47,829 bases of DNA, taken from positions 1 to 47,829 of the forward strand of contig JAOZPT010000014.1 in assembly GCA_029932605.1 (NCBI GenBank), read 5' to 3'. Numbering within the stretch: position 1 is the stretch's first letter; each line of letters starts with the position of its first letter. Source of the stretch: Candidatus Zixiibacteriota bacterium (lineage in GTDB: Bacteria; Zixibacteria; MSB-5A5; UBA10806; 4484-95). The notes under the pieces were generated by a model, which was not told where the DNA came from, ran no database searches, and saw only the letters and a list, made by a program, of their open reading frames with translations. A program made the translations under genes and the position numbers. This document shows positions 12,584 through 24,178 of the stretch, in pieces.

Positions 12584-12961
12584 TTGCCGACAATTAATCA
12601 GTTAATAAACAAGCCGAGAAAAAGGATAATGATGAAGCCGAGTACACCTGCGCTTAAGGGTTCACCACAGAAGAGAGGGGTGTGTACAAGAGTATATACA
12701 TCAACTCCCAAAAAACCGAATTCTGCATTACGTAAAGTTGCTCGTGTTAGATTGACAAACGGGATTGAAGTGACGGCGTATATTCCGGGCGAAGGACATA
12801 ATCTCCAGGAACATTCGATAGTTCTTATTCACGGTGGTCGTGTTAAAGATCTCCCTGGTATTCGATATCACATTATAAGGGGAACGCTGGACACGGCTGG
12901 AGTGAGCGATCGTAAACAAAGCCGTTCTAAATACGGTGTTAAGAAACCGAAGAAACAATGA
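12584..12961 (+). CDS. rpsL: 30S ribosomal protein S12
   Basis: [29 protein letters not shown] start behind GGAGG. Confidence 0.99.
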   Translation: MPTINQLINKPRKRIMMKPSTPALKGSPQKRGVCTRVYTSTPKKPNSALRKVARVRLTNGIEVTAYIPGEGHNLQEHSIVLIHGGRVKDLPGIRYHIIRGTLDTAGVSDRKQSRSKYGVKKPKKQ

Positions 12962-12976
12962 TGATGGGAACTTAAG

Positions 12977-13447
12977 TTGCCGAGAAGAAAAGTAATACAA
13001 AAAAGGGAAAGAGATATTGATCCTCGTTATAACCTGCCTCTGGTGACTCATTTTATAAATAGTCTGATGGGGCGAGGTAAGAAACAGGTGGCTGAAAGAA
13101 TTTTTTATACATCGATGGATATTATCCAGAAGAAGACCAATCAGCCAGCTATGGATGTTTTTCATAAAGCGTTAAATAATGTTAAACCGTTGTTGGAGGT
13201 TAAGTCCCGCCGTGTTGGTGGCGCTAATTATCAAGTTCCGATAGAGGTCAGGCCCGAGCGCAGGACAGCTTTAGCAATTAGATGGTTGAAGACATATGCC
13301 TTGGATCGACCTGAGAAAACGATGCCTGAAAAATTGGCAATGGAAATTATCGCCGCTTCAAGAAACGAGGGAGGTGCTATCAAGAAGAAGGAGGATACCC
13401 ATAAAATGGCCGAGGCAAATAAAGCATTTGCTCATTTTAGATGGTAG
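12977..13447 (+). CDS. rpsG: 30S ribosomal protein S7
   Basis: EVKSRRVGGANYQVP, HKMAEANKAFAHFRW; TTG start. Confidence 0.99.
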   Translation: MPRRKVIQKRERDIDPRYNLPLVTHFINSLMGRGKKQVAERIFYTSMDIIQKKTNQPAMDVFHKALNNVKPLLEVKSRRVGGANYQVPIEVRPERRTALAIRWLKTYALDRPEKTMPEKLAMEIIAASRNEGGAIKKKEDTHKMAEANKAFAHFRW

Positions 13448-13593
13448 GCAAGTAGTGTCTTGGCAACGGGTAATATTGTTTTTAGACGACTCTTTTTACA
13501 TAGAGGAAATAACGATACCGGATTAGATCCGCTACATGTGGTGACTTCGGTGCTTGTATTTCCGCACAGGGTCGAACAAGTAGTGGATTTTTT

Positions 13594-15681
13594 ATGCCAA
13601 TGAGTTTAGAGAAGACAAGAAATATTGGGATAATGGCGCATATTGATGCCGGTAAAACCACAACCACCGAGCGCATCCTTTATTATGCAGGCAGGACTCA
13701 TCGTATCGGTGAGGTGGATGATGGTGCTGCTGTTATGGATTGGATGGACCTTGAAAAAGAACGTGGAATCACTATTACTTCGGCGGCTACCACTATCTAT
13801 TGGCTTGACCACCGTATTAATATAATCGATACTCCTGGCCATGTGGATTTTACGGTTGAAGTTGAGAGGTCTCTGAGGATTCTTGATGGTGCTGTCGCTC
13901 TGTTTTGTGCAGTAGGCGGGGTTGAACCTCAATCGGAAACAGTCTGGCGTCAGGCTGATAAGTATAGGGTTCCACGCATAGCCTATATAAATAAGATAGA
14001 CCGCGTTGGGGCTGATTTTTTCGGTGCCGTAAAGATGATGAAAAATAAACTTGGAGCTAATGCTATCCCAATTCAAATTCCAATGGGTTTGGGAGACCTT
14101 TTTACCGGTATTATCGATCTTATTACCATGAAGGCCCGGTTGTTTGATGAAGCTACGCTAGGGGAGAAATATTTTGACAATGAGATTCCGGATTCGCTTA
14201 TGCCATTAGCTCAAAAGACAAGGGAACATCTTTTAGAAAGCCTTTCGGATTATGACGAAGCTTTATTGGGCAAGTTTGTAAATAATGAGTCCATCGACGT
14301 GGATGAAATCAAGAGTGCACTTCGCCGGGCAACCTTGGATTTAAAAGTTTTTCCGGTACTTTGCGGTTCATCGTTTAAAAATAAAGGGGTTCAAAAGCTT
14401 TTAGATGCGGTTGTTGATTACCTGCCATCTCCCCTGGATTTACCACCGGTTTCCGGGATTGATGTTAACACCAAGAAAAATATAACTAGAAAATCCTCGG
14501 TGGATGAACCGTTTTCAGCTTTAGTTTTTAAGATAATCACTGATCCGTATGTGGGCAAACTTACTTATTTTCGGATTTATTCTGGGAAGGTGAAGTCGGG
14601 ATCGTACGTATATAATTCAACGATTGGAAAAGATGAGAGGATCTCTCGGCTATTATTGATGCATGCTAATAAGAAAAACGATGTTCGAGAAGCTTGTGCT
14701 GGTGATATTGTGGCTGGAATAGGTTTTAAAAATACTGCTACCGGTCACACAATCTGTGATAAGGATCATCCGGTTATTCTTGAAAAGATGGTTTTTCCTG
14801 AACCTGTCATCTCGATAGCTATTGAGCCGAAAACCAAAGCTGACCAGGAAAAACTTACTGATGCTCTATCTCGGCTGACCAATGAAGACCCGACTTTTAA
14901 AGTGAAGCAGGATCCTGATACTTCTCAGACTATCATATCTGGCATGGGTGAACTTCACCTTGAGATCTTAATTGACCGCATGCTAAGGGAATTCAAGGTT
15001 TCCGCCAATGTCGGCAAACCCCAGGTAGCATATAAGGAGACCATAACCAAGGCGGTTGAATGTGAAGGTCGATTTGTAAAGCAAACGGGTGGCCACGGTC
15101 ATTATGGTCATGTCAAGCTTCTTCTTGAACCGCTTGAACCAGGTGCTGGGTTTGGATTTGAATGCAAAATAACTTCTGGCGCTGTGCCTAAGGAATATTT
15201 TAAAGCTGTTGAGGAAGGTGTAAAAGAAGCGTTAGAAAGCGGGATTATCGCAGGTTATCCGGTGGTAGATTTAAAAGTTACGCTGATTGATGGAAGTTAT
15301 CATGAGGTTGATTCCTCTGAGATGTCATTTAGGATAGCCGGTTCAATTGCACTTCAGAACGGCATAAAAAAAGCAAGCCCTGTCCTTCTGGAGCCGGTGA
15401 TGGATGTTGAAGTAGTTGTTCCTGAAGAGTATTTGGGTGATGTCATGGGAGACCTGCAAGCTCGCCGTGGTAAAATCGAGGGGATCTCACAGCGACCCGA
15501 GGCAAAAGTCATTGCCGCCCAGGTTCCTTTGTCGGAGATGTTCGGTTATGCCACAAGGTTACGTTCCCTCTCCCAGGGCAGGGCGGTTTACACGATGCAG
15601 TTTTCACATTATATTCAAATGCCGGAAAAAGAGAGTAGCAAAATTATTCAGATAGCGAAAGGATTTGTTTACCAGAGATAG
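13594..15681 (+). CDS. fusA: Elongation factor G
   Basis: [47 protein letters not shown]. Confidence 0.99.
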   Translation: MPMSLEKTRNIGIMAHIDAGKTTTTERILYYAGRTHRIGEVDDGAAVMDWMDLEKERGITITSAATTIYWLDHRINIIDTPGHVDFTVEVERSLRILDGAVALFCAVGGVEPQSETVWRQADKYRVPRIAYINKIDRVGADFFGAVKMMKNKLGANAIPIQIPMGLGDLFTGIIDLITMKARLFDEATLGEKYFDNEIPDSLMPLAQKTREHLLESLSDYDEALLGKFVNNESIDVDEIKSALRRATLDLKVFPVLCGSSFKNKGVQKLLDAVVDYLPSPLDLPPVSGIDVNTKKNITRKSSVDEPFSALVFKIITDPYVGKLTYFRIYSGKVKSGSYVYNSTIGKDERISRLLLMHANKKNDVREACAGDIVAGIGFKNTATGHTICDKDHPVILEKMVFPEPVISIAIEPKTKADQEKLTDALSRLTNEDPTFKVKQDPDTSQTIISGMGELHLEILIDRMLREFKVSANVGKPQVAYKETITKAVECEGRFVKQTGGHGHYGHVKLLLEPLEPGAGFGFECKITSGAVPKEYFKAVEEGVKEALESGIIAGYPVVDLKVTLIDGSYHEVDSSEMSFRIAGSIALQNGIKKASPVLLEPVMDVEVVVPEEYLGDVMGDLQARRGKIEGISQRPEAKVIAAQVPLSEMFGYATRLRSLSQGRAVYTMQFSHYIQMPEKESSKIIQIAKGFVYQR

Positions 15682-15728
15682 GTTTATTTTTATATTAAAG
15701 AAAGCAAGTAATGCTAAATAATAAGGAG

Positions 15729-16920
15729 AGGACCAATGGCCAAGGAGAAGTTTGAGCGTACGAAGCCCCATATTAATGTGGGTACTATAGGTCATGTTGA
15801 TCATGGCAAGACGACTTTGACGGCGGCGATCACGATGATATTGGCACGTAAGGGTCAGGCGACTGTTCGTGATTTTGATTCGATTGACAATGCTCCGGAG
15901 GAGAAGGAGCGTGGGATAACGATAGCCACGGCGCATGTTGAGTATGAGACTGACAAGCGTCACTATGCGCATGTGGATTGTCCGGGTCATGCTGATTATG
16001 TAAAGAACATGATAACGGGTGCGGCTCAGATGGATGGTGCGATTTTGGTAGTGAGTGCGGCTGATGGTCCGATGCCTCAGACTCGTGAGCACATATTGTT
16101 GGCCCGTCAGGTTGGTGTTCCTTACATAATAGTATATTTGAACAAGGTTGACATGGTTGATGATCCGGAGTTATTGGATTTGGTTGAGCTTGAGGTTCGG
16201 GATTTATTGAAGCAGTATCAGTTTCCTGGTGATGAGATACCGGTTATTCGTGGTTGTGCGTTGGAGGCGATGACGAAGGGTGCGGACATGAGTATTCCCA
16301 TAGATGATCCGGCTTTTAAGAGTGTTATAGAGTTGATGGATGCGGTTGACAATTACATACCGGAGCCTGAGCGTGATGTAGACAAGCCGTTTTTGATGCC
16401 TGTTGAGGATGTATTTTCGATAACGGGTCGAGGTACTGTTGGCACGGGTCGGGTGGAGCGTGGTCGGGTTAAGATGGGTGATGATGTTGAGCGTGTTGGT
16501 ATTAAGGAGACGCGGAGGACTGTTGTTACGGGTGTGGAGATGTTTCGCAAGACTTTGGATTATGCGCAGGCGGGAGACAATGTAGGTTTATTGTTGCGTG
16601 GGATAGATAAGGATGAGTTAGAGCGTGGGATGGTTATTGCGGCGACTGGTAGTGTTACTCCTCATACGAGGTTTAGGGGGGAGGTTTATGTATTGACGAA
16701 GGAGGAGGGGGGTCGTCACACGCCGTTTTTCAATGGTTATCGGCCGCAGTTTTATTTACGGACGACGGATGTTACGGGGGTGGTGAAGTTACCGGAGGGT
16801 GTTGAGATGGTTATGCCCGGGGACAATGTGACTATAGAGGCGGAGTTGATAACACCGATAGCCTTGGAGAAGGAGTTGAGGTTTGCCATTCGCGAGGGTG
16901 GTCACACTGTCGGCGCCGGT
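15729..16920 (+). repeat. Direct repeat, copy B (tuf; matches 174-1365)
   Basis: Same sequence as copy A by eye; identical antisense ORFs in the track support this. Confidence 0.93.
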
Positions 16921-16944
16921 GTTATAACTGAGATTTTGGAGTAA
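15736..16944 (+). CDS. tuf: Elongation factor Tu (copy 2)
   Basis: Same protein as 181-1389 except C-terminus VITEILE versus IIVEVLE. Confidence 0.99.
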   Translation: MAKEKFERTKPHINVGTIGHVDHGKTTLTAAITMILARKGQATVRDFDSIDNAPEEKERGITIATAHVEYETDKRHYAHVDCPGHADYVKNMITGAAQMDGAILVVSAADGPMPQTREHILLARQVGVPYIIVYLNKVDMVDDPELLDLVELEVRDLLKQYQFPGDEIPVIRGCALEAMTKGADMSIPIDDPAFKSVIELMDAVDNYIPEPERDVDKPFLMPVEDVFSITGRGTVGTGRVERGRVKMGDDVERVGIKETRRTVVTGVEMFRKTLDYAQAGDNVGLLLRGIDKDELERGMVIAATGSVTPHTRFRGEVYVLTKEEGGRHTPFFNGYRPQFYLRTTDVTGVVKLPEGVEMVMPGDNVTIEAELITPIALEKELRFAIREGGHTVGAGVITEILE

Positions 16945-16959
16945 TTGGAGTAAAATTTA

Positions 16960-17268
16960 ATGGATAGTCAGAAAATAAGGATCAGGTTGAAGGCTTACGA
17001 CCACGTAGCTCTTGACCGTTCAACTCTTGAAATAGTCCGTACTGTGGCTCGCACGGGTGCTAAAATAGTTGGACCTGTTCCTTTACCAACAAAGAAAACA
17101 GTTTATACTATTTTGCGGTCGCCTCATGTCGATAAAAAATCACGTGAGCAGTTTGAGACACGGATACACAAACGGTTGATAGATATTTATGATTCAAATC
17201 AGCAGACTGTTGATTCGCTGATGAGGCTTGAACTTCCAGCCGGTGTGGATGTCGAAATAAAGGTTTAA
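16960..17268 (+). CDS. rpsJ: 30S ribosomal protein S10
   Basis: [25 protein letters not shown]. Confidence 0.99.
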   Translation: MDSQKIRIRLKAYDHVALDRSTLEIVRTVARTGAKIVGPVPLPTKKTVYTILRSPHVDKKSREQFETRIHKRLIDIYDSNQQTVDSLMRLELPAGVDVEIKV

Positions 17269-17283
17269 GGATTTAGTATTAGG

Positions 17284-17904
17284 ATGTTGGCATTATTTGG
17301 AATAAAAGTTGGAATGACCCGGATTTTCGATGATATGGGTAATGTGGTTCCTGTGACTCTGATAAAAGCTGAACCCCATCTGGTTATTCAGGTCAAGACA
17401 AAGGCTAGTGATGGGTATGATGCCATAAAGCTTGGTTTTGGTCAGATTCGTAAAAAGCTTGTTTCAAAGCCTTATGAAGGGGTTTTCAAGAAAGCAAACA
17501 TGGAGCCATTGCGGTATATTCGCGAGGTTAAAATCTCTGAGCCTGATAAATTCAAGACCGGTGATAAAATTGATGTCAGTATATTTTCGCCGGGAGATAA
17601 GGTTCATGTTGTTGGAATATCCAAGGGTTATGGTTTTCAGGGTGTGGTGCGCCGTTATGGTTTTAAAGGTGGTCCCAAGACCCACGGGCAATCAGACCGC
17701 TTGCGCGCACCTGGTTCGATAGGGGCATCATCGTATCCATCAAGGGTGTGGCGTGGGCAAAGAATGGCTGGTCACATGGGCAATAAACAGGTTTCAGTGA
17801 AAAATCTTAGGGTTGATTCGGTAGAACCTGAGCGCAATCTAATTTTGATCCGTGGTGGGGTTCCGGGAAAACCCGGTGGTATTGTGAAGATAGTCAAAGC
17901 GTAG
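17284..17904 (+). CDS. rplC: 50S ribosomal protein L3
   Basis: KVGMTRIF, SKGYGFQGVVRR, RAPGSIG, MAGHMGN. Confidence 0.98.
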   Translation: MLALFGIKVGMTRIFDDMGNVVPVTLIKAEPHLVIQVKTKASDGYDAIKLGFGQIRKKLVSKPYEGVFKKANMEPLRYIREVKISEPDKFKTGDKIDVSIFSPGDKVHVVGISKGYGFQGVVRRYGFKGGPKTHGQSDRLRAPGSIGASSYPSRVWRGQRMAGHMGNKQVSVKNLRVDSVEPERNLILIRGGVPGKPGGIVKIVKA

Positions 17905-17913
17905 GTGAGAAAA

Positions 17914-18543
17914 ATGGCTGAAGTGAAAGTATTTGATGCTCAGGGTAATGTAAAGGAAAGTAAAACCTTAGACAGTGCTCTGTTTAATTTTAAGGTTAAA
18001 CCTCATCTACTTTATGAGTATGTGGTAGGTTACACTCGAAACCAGAGGCAAGGTTCTGCTGCTACAAAGACAAGAACAATGGTTAAAGGTGGTGGACGAA
18101 AACCATGGCGTCAAAAAGGTACAGGCCGAGCGCGAGCTGGTACAAATAATTCACCATTATGGGCAGGTGGAGGAATTATCTGGGGGCCACATCCCAAAAA
18201 TTATTGTAGAGATTTACCAAAGAAATTAAAAAGATCAGCTTTGAAATCGGCGTTTTCTGATAAGGTGGCTGCTGATAGAGTAAGGATTGTTGATTTACCC
18301 GTGTTGGATAAGCCCATGACAAAGGTAATTACCGATTTCTTAAAAAAACATGGCATTCTGGAAAAACGAATTGTCCTTATTTATGAGCTGGAAAATGATA
18401 ACTTGAAGAAATCATGCAGAAATATAAAACTGCTTGAGGTTAAACGATCGGTACATATAAACCCGTATGACGTTATCTGGGCGGAATATATTTTAATAAC
18501 ACAAGATGCCTTACAGAAAATTGAGGAGGTATTTAGCAATTGA
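17914..18543 (+). CDS. rplD: 50S ribosomal protein L4
   Basis: GGGRKPWRQKGTGRARAG; ATG 17914 preferred over GTG 17905. Confidence 0.97.
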   Translation: MAEVKVFDAQGNVKESKTLDSALFNFKVKPHLLYEYVVGYTRNQRQGSAATKTRTMVKGGGRKPWRQKGTGRARAGTNNSPLWAGGGIIWGPHPKNYCRDLPKKLKRSALKSAFSDKVAADRVRIVDLPVLDKPMTKVITDFLKKHGILEKRIVLIYELENDNLKKSCRNIKLLEVKRSVHINPYDVIWAEYILITQDALQKIEEVFSN

Positions 18544-18830
18544 AGGCCGCAAACGATATAGTTTATCAGGCGATTATTTCGGAGAAAGGCTCTATCTTAA
18601 AAGATAAGGCAAACCGTTATTTGTTTAAAGTGCATCCCCGGGCGAATAAAATTGAGATTGGAAAAGCTATTGAATCAGCTTTTAATGTGAAAGTTCTTGA
18701 TGTGAAGACTATGAATATGAAAGGCAAGGCAAAAAAACTTGGGCGTTTTGAAGGTCAACGTTCTTCCTGGAAAAAGGCTGTTGTCAAACTTAAGGAAGGC
18801 GATTCAATTGAGATTTTTGAGAATGTTTAG
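18540..18830 (+). CDS. rplW: 50S ribosomal protein L23
   Basis: ISEK, ANKIEI, WKKAVVKL; TTG start overlaps rplD stop. Confidence 0.97.
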   Translation: MKAANDIVYQAIISEKGSILKDKANRYLFKVHPRANKIEIGKAIESAFNVKVLDVKTMNMKGKAKKLGRFEGQRSSWKKAVVKLKEGDSIEIFENV

Positions 18831-18839
18831 GAAAGTTAA

Positions 18840-19664
18840 ATGGGCATAAAGAAATTTAAACCGATAACACCAGGTCGCCGTTTTATGACGGTATCGGATT
18901 TTGCTGAAATTACGCATACTGTCTCGGAGAAAAGTCTTTTGAGACCGTTAAAGAAATCGGGTGGCAGGAATGCGAATGGCCGAATAACATGTCGCCATAA
19001 AGGAGGCGGTCATAAACGACATTACAGGCTTATCGATTTTAAACGTTATAAGATGGGAGTACCCGCACGGGTGGCATCGATTGAATACGACCCCAACCGC
19101 TCGGCCAGAATAGCGTTATTACATTATGCAGATGGCGAGAAGAGATATATTTTAGCTCCAATTGGTTTAAAGGTTGACGATATTATTACAAACACGGATC
19201 AACTTGAAATTAAAACAGGCAACAGCCTTCCTCTATCTATTATTCCTCTCGGCACAAGTATCCACAATATAGAGCTTAAAAAGGGTAAGGGTGGACAGCT
19301 TGTGCGTTCTGCTGGAACGATGGCCCAGATTTTGGCCAAGGAGGGAGATTATGCCCATGTCCGTCTGCCCTCTGGTGAGGTGAGATTGATTCGTTTGGAG
19401 TGTCGAGCAACCATTGGTCAGGTTGGTAACCTTGACCATGAGAATATAAGTTTAGGTAAAGCTGGCCGGTCGCGATGGTTAGGTATAAGGCCTTCTGTAA
19501 GAGGCGTGGCCATGAATCCGGTTGATCATCCCATGGGTGGTGGTGAAGGCCGTTCGTCAGGAGGAAGGCATCCCTGTAGTCCATGGGGGAAAATAAGCAA
19601 GGGGTTAAAAACCAGAAAGAAGAAGCAGTCTGATAAAATGATAGTGAAAAGGAGAGGTAAATAA
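18840..19664 (+). CDS. rplB: 50S ribosomal protein L2
   Basis: [31 protein letters not shown]. Confidence 0.99.
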   Translation: MGIKKFKPITPGRRFMTVSDFAEITHTVSEKSLLRPLKKSGGRNANGRITCRHKGGGHKRHYRLIDFKRYKMGVPARVASIEYDPNRSARIALLHYADGEKRYILAPIGLKVDDIITNTDQLEIKTGNSLPLSIIPLGTSIHNIELKKGKGGQLVRSAGTMAQILAKEGDYAHVRLPSGEVRLIRLECRATIGQVGNLDHENISLGKAGRSRWLGIRPSVRGVAMNPVDHPMGGGEGRSSGGRHPCSPWGKISKGLKTRKKKQSDKMIVKRRGK

Positions 19665-19694
19665 CGTCAGATGGAGTTTGATTGGAGGTAGTTG

Positions 19695-19982
19695 ATGAGC
19701 AGGTCTATAAAGAAAGGACCTTACTTGGACCAGAAACTGATGAAGAAGATACAGGCGTTGAACGAGAGAGGTGAAAAACGAGTGATAAAGACATGGGCAC
19801 GGCGTTCAACTATACCTCCTGAATTCGTAGGACACACGCTGGCCATACACAATGGAAATAAATTTATTCCTGTATATATTACGGAGAATATGGTAGGACA
19901 CAAACTTGGTGAATTTGCCCCGACCAGGATATTTCGCGGGCATTCAGGGAAAATAACTGAGCGGTCGACTACACTTAAATAG
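19695..19982 (+). CDS. rpsS: 30S ribosomal protein S19
   Basis: [23 protein letters not shown]. Confidence 0.98.
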   Translation: MSRSIKKGPYLDQKLMKKIQALNERGEKRVIKTWARRSTIPPEFVGHTLAIHNGNKFIPVYITENMVGHKLGEFAPTRIFRGHSGKITERSTTLK

Positions 19983-19994
19983 GTGATGTATTTT

Positions 19995-20369
19995 ATGGAA
20001 GCTAAAGCAACTTCAAAATATGTTAGGATGTCGCCACGTAAACTTCGTCGAGTGGCGGTACTTATCAAAGGTCGTGATTATATGGATGCTAGATATATTT
20101 TAAGTTATACACCTAAAGCAGCCAGCCGGGCGTTAATGGAGACGATGAAGTCTGCAGCCGCAAATGCTATTTCACGTGAGGGTTCAGCCAAGATGAAGGT
20201 TGAGAACTTTTATGTTAAAGATATACAGATTGATGGTGGACCCATTTTAAAAAGAATCAGGCCGGTAGGAATGGGTAGGGCTTACAGAATTCGAAAGAGG
20301 ACCGCCCATATAAAAATCGTTTTGGCTGAGAAAAGCTCCGCTTCTAAAATACTGGCTAAGGAGGATTAG
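19995..20369 (+). CDS. rplV: 50S ribosomal protein L22
   Basis: [33 protein letters not shown] 19995 chosen as start. Confidence 0.96.
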   Translation: MEAKATSKYVRMSPRKLRRVAVLIKGRDYMDARYILSYTPKAASRALMETMKSAAANAISREGSAKMKVENFYVKDIQIDGGPILKRIRPVGMGRAYRIRKRTAHIKIVLAEKSSASKILAKED

Positions 20370-21385
20370 TGGGACAGAAAACTCATCCATACGGTTTAAG
20401 GCTTGGAGTAATAAAAAGCTGGAAATCTCGCTGGTTTACTACTAAAAACTTTGCCGAGTTACTCCATGAGGATATATTAATCCGGCGCTATACCAATAAA
20501 CGTTTGGAACACGCTGGCATTGCCGATATCCAGATTTTGAGGGCTCCCAAGAAGGTGACCATTGATATTCATACGGCAAGGCCTGGTATTGTCATAGGTC
20601 GTAAAGGGGCTGAGGTTGACAAGCTAAAAGAAGAACTTCAACTTTTAACCGGTAAAGAGATTTTACTTAACATCATTGAGGTTAAAAAGCCTGAACTCAA
20701 CGCTACATTAGTTGCCCAATCGATAGCTCGTCAGCTTGAGGGGCGAGTATCGTTCAGGCGAGCTATGAAAAAATCGGTGGCGGCCTCCATGAAAAGCGGT
20801 GCTGAAGGGATAAAAATTATGTGCTCGGGACGGCTTGGTGGAGCTGAGATCGCTCGTAGTGAAAAGTATCATCAGGGAAGAGTTCCTCTTCATACGCTTC
20901 GGGCAGATATCGACTATGCTACTGCCACCGCTCATACTACGTATGGTACTATTGGCGTAAAAGTCTGGATATGCAAAGGCGAGATTTTGGAGAAAGAAAA
21001 AGTTGAGGCTAAGCTTCTCGGTGAAACGTTCGTTGAAAAAGATGAAAGAAAAGGTAAAACCGCCGACAGCAAACCTCGAAGAAGGCGAGCCTCACAGGTT
21101 GAGCGTCGCCGCAGGCCTGAAGGGATTAGAAAACCATCTGCAAAGGCTCTCGATAAATCGAAAAAAAACCAGAAGGGCGGAGGGAGATTTAGACCGAGGA
21201 CTGGATTTGAGGAAAAAGCAGAAACTGATAAGGTCAAAAGGTCAAAACCAGTAAAAGGTCAAGCTGAAAGCAGAAGTTCTGGAAAACCTAAAGTGAAAAT
21301 GCGAAGTAAAACACAAAAAAGTGGACCAACTAACGATAAAAATCTTGAAAAACACCAAAGTTCTTCGGAAAGTGAGAATAAATAA
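20369..21385 (+). CDS. rpsC: 30S ribosomal protein S3 with long basic C-terminal extension
   Basis: [41 protein letters not shown] start. Confidence 0.98.
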   Translation: MGQKTHPYGLRLGVIKSWKSRWFTTKNFAELLHEDILIRRYTNKRLEHAGIADIQILRAPKKVTIDIHTARPGIVIGRKGAEVDKLKEELQLLTGKEILLNIIEVKKPELNATLVAQSIARQLEGRVSFRRAMKKSVAASMKSGAEGIKIMCSGRLGGAEIARSEKYHQGRVPLHTLRADIDYATATAHTTYGTIGVKVWICKGEILEKEKVEAKLLGETFVEKDERKGKTADSKPRRRRASQVERRRRPEGIRKPSAKALDKSKKNQKGGGRFRPRTGFEEKAETDKVKRSKPVKGQAESRSSGKPKVKMRSKTQKSGPTNDKNLEKHQSSSESENK

Positions 21386-21387
21386 TT

Positions 21388-21810
21388 ATGCTTTCTCCTA
21401 AAAGGGTAAAATTCAGAAAACATCAACGGGGTCGACGGAAGGGTAAAGCATATCGTGGTGCTAATATTGATTTTGGTGAATATGGTTTAAAGGCTTTGGA
21501 ACCAGCCTGGATTACCAACAGGCAGATTGAGGCTGCACGTGTGGCTTTAACAAGACATATTAAAAGAGGCGGTAAAGTATGGATCAGGATTTTCCCTGAT
21601 AAACCGGTTACATTCAAACCGGCTGAAACTAGAATGGGCAAGGGCAAGGGCACTCCAGAATACTGGGTAGCTGTTGTTAAACCTGGAAGAGTTTTATTTG
21701 AACTTGAAGGTGTAAGCGAATCTGTGGCTAAGGAAGCTTTAAGGTTGGCATCGGCTAAGTTGCCTATTAAAACGAAATTTGTTTCACGCAAGGACATTAA
21801 GAAAGATTGA
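21388..21810 (+). CDS. rplP: 50S ribosomal protein L16
   Basis: [15 protein letters not shown]. Confidence 0.99.
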   Translation: MLSPKRVKFRKHQRGRRKGKAYRGANIDFGEYGLKALEPAWITNRQIEAARVALTRHIKRGGKVWIRIFPDKPVTFKPAETRMGKGKGTPEYWVAVVKPGRVLFELEGVSESVAKEALRLASAKLPIKTKFVSRKDIKKD

Positions 21811-21812
21811 CC

Positions 21813-22070
21813 ATGAAGGCGAGAGAACTAAAAGAGCTTACTAAAGAGGAAGTTATTTTGAAAAAAGAGGAGGTTGAAAAAGAACTTTTCAACTTGAAAA
21901 TCAGGCAGGCTACTCGCCAGATCGATAACCCCTTAAAATTACGTATGTTAAGGCGTGACCTAGCTAAAATAAATACCGTTTTAAGGGAACATGAACTTGG
22001 TATAAAGCTATTAGCTGAAAGTCTAAAAGAATCTAACAACAGGCAGACTGATGAAAAGAAACAAACGTAA
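21813..22070 (+). CDS. rpmC: 50S ribosomal protein L29
   Basis: MKARELKEL...[11 protein letters not shown]...[14 protein letters not shown]; extra tail overlaps rpsQ. Confidence 0.94.
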   Translation: MKARELKELTKEEVILKKEEVEKELFNLKIRQATRQIDNPLKLRMLRRDLAKINTVLREHELGIKLLAESLKESNNRQTDEKKQT

Positions 22071-22305
22071 AGTCAGGACGGGAACTGTTACTTCGGCCAA
22101 GATGGATAAAACCATTGTTGTGGCTGTTGAGAGGACATTTAAACACCCGCAGTATGGCAAGACAGTCAAGAGAACGTCGAAAGTATATGCTCATGATGAT
22201 GAGAATCAAGCTGGCGTGGGTGATGTTGTGATGGTTATGGAGACTAGGCCGCTTTCAAAAACGAAAAACTGGCGATTGGTAAAAGTATTGGAAAAATCGA
22301 AATAA
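22051..22305 (+). CDS. rpsQ: 30S ribosomal protein S17
   Basis: [25 protein letters not shown]. Confidence 0.98.
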   Translation: MKRNKRKVRTGTVTSAKMDKTIVVAVERTFKHPQYGKTVKRTSKVYAHDDENQAGVGDVVMVMETRPLSKTKNWRLVKVLEKSK

Positions 22306-22320
22306 CAGGTGTGACTGGTA

Positions 22321-22689
22321 ATGATTCAGGAATATTCGAAACTGGTTGTATGTGATAACTCGGGAGCAAGGATTGCCCAGTGTTTTCGTATTCTCGGCGG
22401 AACTCGCCGCCGTTATGCACGGGTTGGTGATATTATCGTGGTGACGATTAAAGATGCAATTCCAGGTGGTGCGGTTAAAAAAAGCGATGTTTGTAAAGCC
22501 GTTGTCGTTCGAACCAGGAAGGAAATGCGACGCAAGGATGGCTCTTTTATAAGATTTTCTGATAATGCAGCAGTAATAATAAACGAGGTTGGTGATCCAC
22601 GAGGGACAAGGATTTTTGGCCCAGTAGCCAGAGAGCTACGTGAGAAAAAGTTTATGAAGATCGTCTCTCTTGCTCCTGAGGTATTATAG
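22321..22689 (+). CDS. rplN: 50S ribosomal protein L14
   Basis: [26 protein letters not shown]. Confidence 0.99.
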   Translation: MIQEYSKLVVCDNSGARIAQCFRILGGTRRRYARVGDIIVVTIKDAIPGGAVKKSDVCKAVVVRTRKEMRRKDGSFIRFSDNAAVIINEVGDPRGTRIFGPVARELREKKFMKIVSLAPEVL

Positions 22690-22703
22690 ATAAAGGTTGT
22701 TTT

Positions 22704-23015
22704 ATGAGAGTTAGAAAGGGTGATACAGTAAGGGTCATTTCAGGCAATGATAAGGGACAAGTGGGCAAGGTGCTTAAAACTTTCCCCAAGTCTAATAGAA
22801 TCATTGTCGAAGGAGTTCATCTTATTAAACGCCATACAAGGCCGACACAGAAAAACCGCAAAGGTGGGATAATTGAAAAAGAGGGGGAGATTTCCGCATC
22901 CAACGTTATGTTTTTCGATTTGCGGACAAATGCCCCGGCCCGTATCGGTTATAGGAAGCTGACCGATGGCACAAAGGTGAGGATTAACAAAAAATCCGGG
23001 GAGATAATTGAGTAG
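22704..23015 (+). CDS. rplX: 50S ribosomal protein L24
   Basis: KGDTVRVISGNDKG KOW motif. Confidence 0.98.
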   Translation: MRVRKGDTVRVISGNDKGQVGKVLKTFPKSNRIIVEGVHLIKRHTRPTQKNRKGGIIEKEGEISASNVMFFDLRTNAPARIGYRKLTDGTKVRINKKSGEIIE

Positions 23016-23018
23016 GTT

Positions 23019-23561
23019 ATGGCCAGATTAAAAGAAAAATATTTAAAAGAAGTCAGGCCTGAGCTCAAAAAGCGAATGGACTATAAGAACATTAATCAAG
23101 TACCAAAATTACAGAAGATTATTATAAATTCTGGAGTTGGTGATGCTGTTGCCGACCATAAAAAACTTGATTCGGTTATCAACGAATTGATGATGATAAC
23201 CGGCCAAAAGCCAGTAATCCGAAGAGCTAAAAAATCGATATCCAATTTTAAACTTCGGGCCGGTATGCCAGTTGGGGTTATGGTTACTTTGCGCAATGAC
23301 AGGATGTATGAGTTCTTGGACCGCTTGATCAATATCGCCATCCCCAGGATTAGAGATTTTAGAGGTATGCCTAGTAAATCATTCGATGGACGTGGTAACT
23401 ATACTTTAGGTTTAACCGAACAGATAATATTTCCCGAGGTTGATTACGATAAGGTTGAGAAGATTCGGGGTATGAATATAACTTTTATCACGACTGCCAA
23501 AACGGATTCTGAGGCGTTTGAGTTGTTAAAATCTTTCGGGATGCCATTTAAAAACCCATAG
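23019..23561 (+). CDS. rplE: 50S ribosomal protein L5
   Basis: [21 protein letters not shown]. Confidence 0.99.
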   Translation: MARLKEKYLKEVRPELKKRMDYKNINQVPKLQKIIINSGVGDAVADHKKLDSVINELMMITGQKPVIRRAKKSISNFKLRAGMPVGVMVTLRNDRMYEFLDRLINIAIPRIRDFRGMPSKSFDGRGNYTLGLTEQIIFPEVDYDKVEKIRGMNITFITTAKTDSEAFELLKSFGMPFKNP

Positions 23562-23569
23562 GAGATATT

Positions 23570-23755
23570 GTGGCCAAAAAATGTAAAGTTGCTGCCAGCA
23601 AGAAAAAGCCCAAATATAAAGTCCGTCAGAGAAATCGCTGTTTAAGATGTGGCCGTCCCCGAGGCTATATGAGACGGTTTGGCTTATGTAGAATCTGTTT
23701 CCGTGAGTTGGCGCTGGCTGGAGAGATTCCCGGGATTACCAAGGCAAGCTGGTAG
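23570..23755 (+). CDS. rpsN: 30S ribosomal protein S14, short Zn-binding type
   Basis: 61 aa, CLRCGRPR...[11 protein letters not shown] start. Confidence 0.98.
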   Translation: MAKKCKVAASKKKPKYKVRQRNRCLRCGRPRGYMRRFGLCRICFRELALAGEIPGITKASW

Positions 23756-23767
23756 GAGGATATAGCG

Positions 23768-24166
23768 ATGACGATGACCGATCCAATTGCCGATATGTTG
23801 ACCCGTATCAGAAACGCCAGTCGAGTTTCGATAAGAAGGGTTGATATACCAGCCTCGAAATTAAAGAGAAAAATTTCTGAGGTCCTTCTCGAAAATAATT
23901 TCATCCGTTCTATAGATTATGTAGAAGATGGCCTTCAGGGAATACTTAGAATAAGATTGAGATATACCCCTGATGGTATAAGTGTAATCAAGGGTATTAA
24001 AAGGATTTCCCGACCCGGCTTACGTATTTATAAAAACAAGAAGGACCTGATTAAGGGTTCAAAACAACCAGGGATGTTGGTGTTGTCAACCTCGTCGGGT
24101 GTTATGAATGAAAAAGAAGCTATACGTAGGGGTATCAGCGGTGAAGCCTTGTTCAGGATCTGGTAG
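23768..24166 (+). CDS. rpsH: 30S ribosomal protein S8
   Basis: TDPIADMLTRIRNA, RISRPGLRIY. Confidence 0.99.
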   Translation: MTMTDPIADMLTRIRNASRVSIRRVDIPASKLKRKISEVLLENNFIRSIDYVEDGLQGILRIRLRYTPDGISVIKGIKRISRPGLRIYKNKKDLIKGSKQPGMLVLSTSSGVMNEKEAIRRGISGEALFRIW

Positions 24167-24178
24167 GAGGATTACAAG

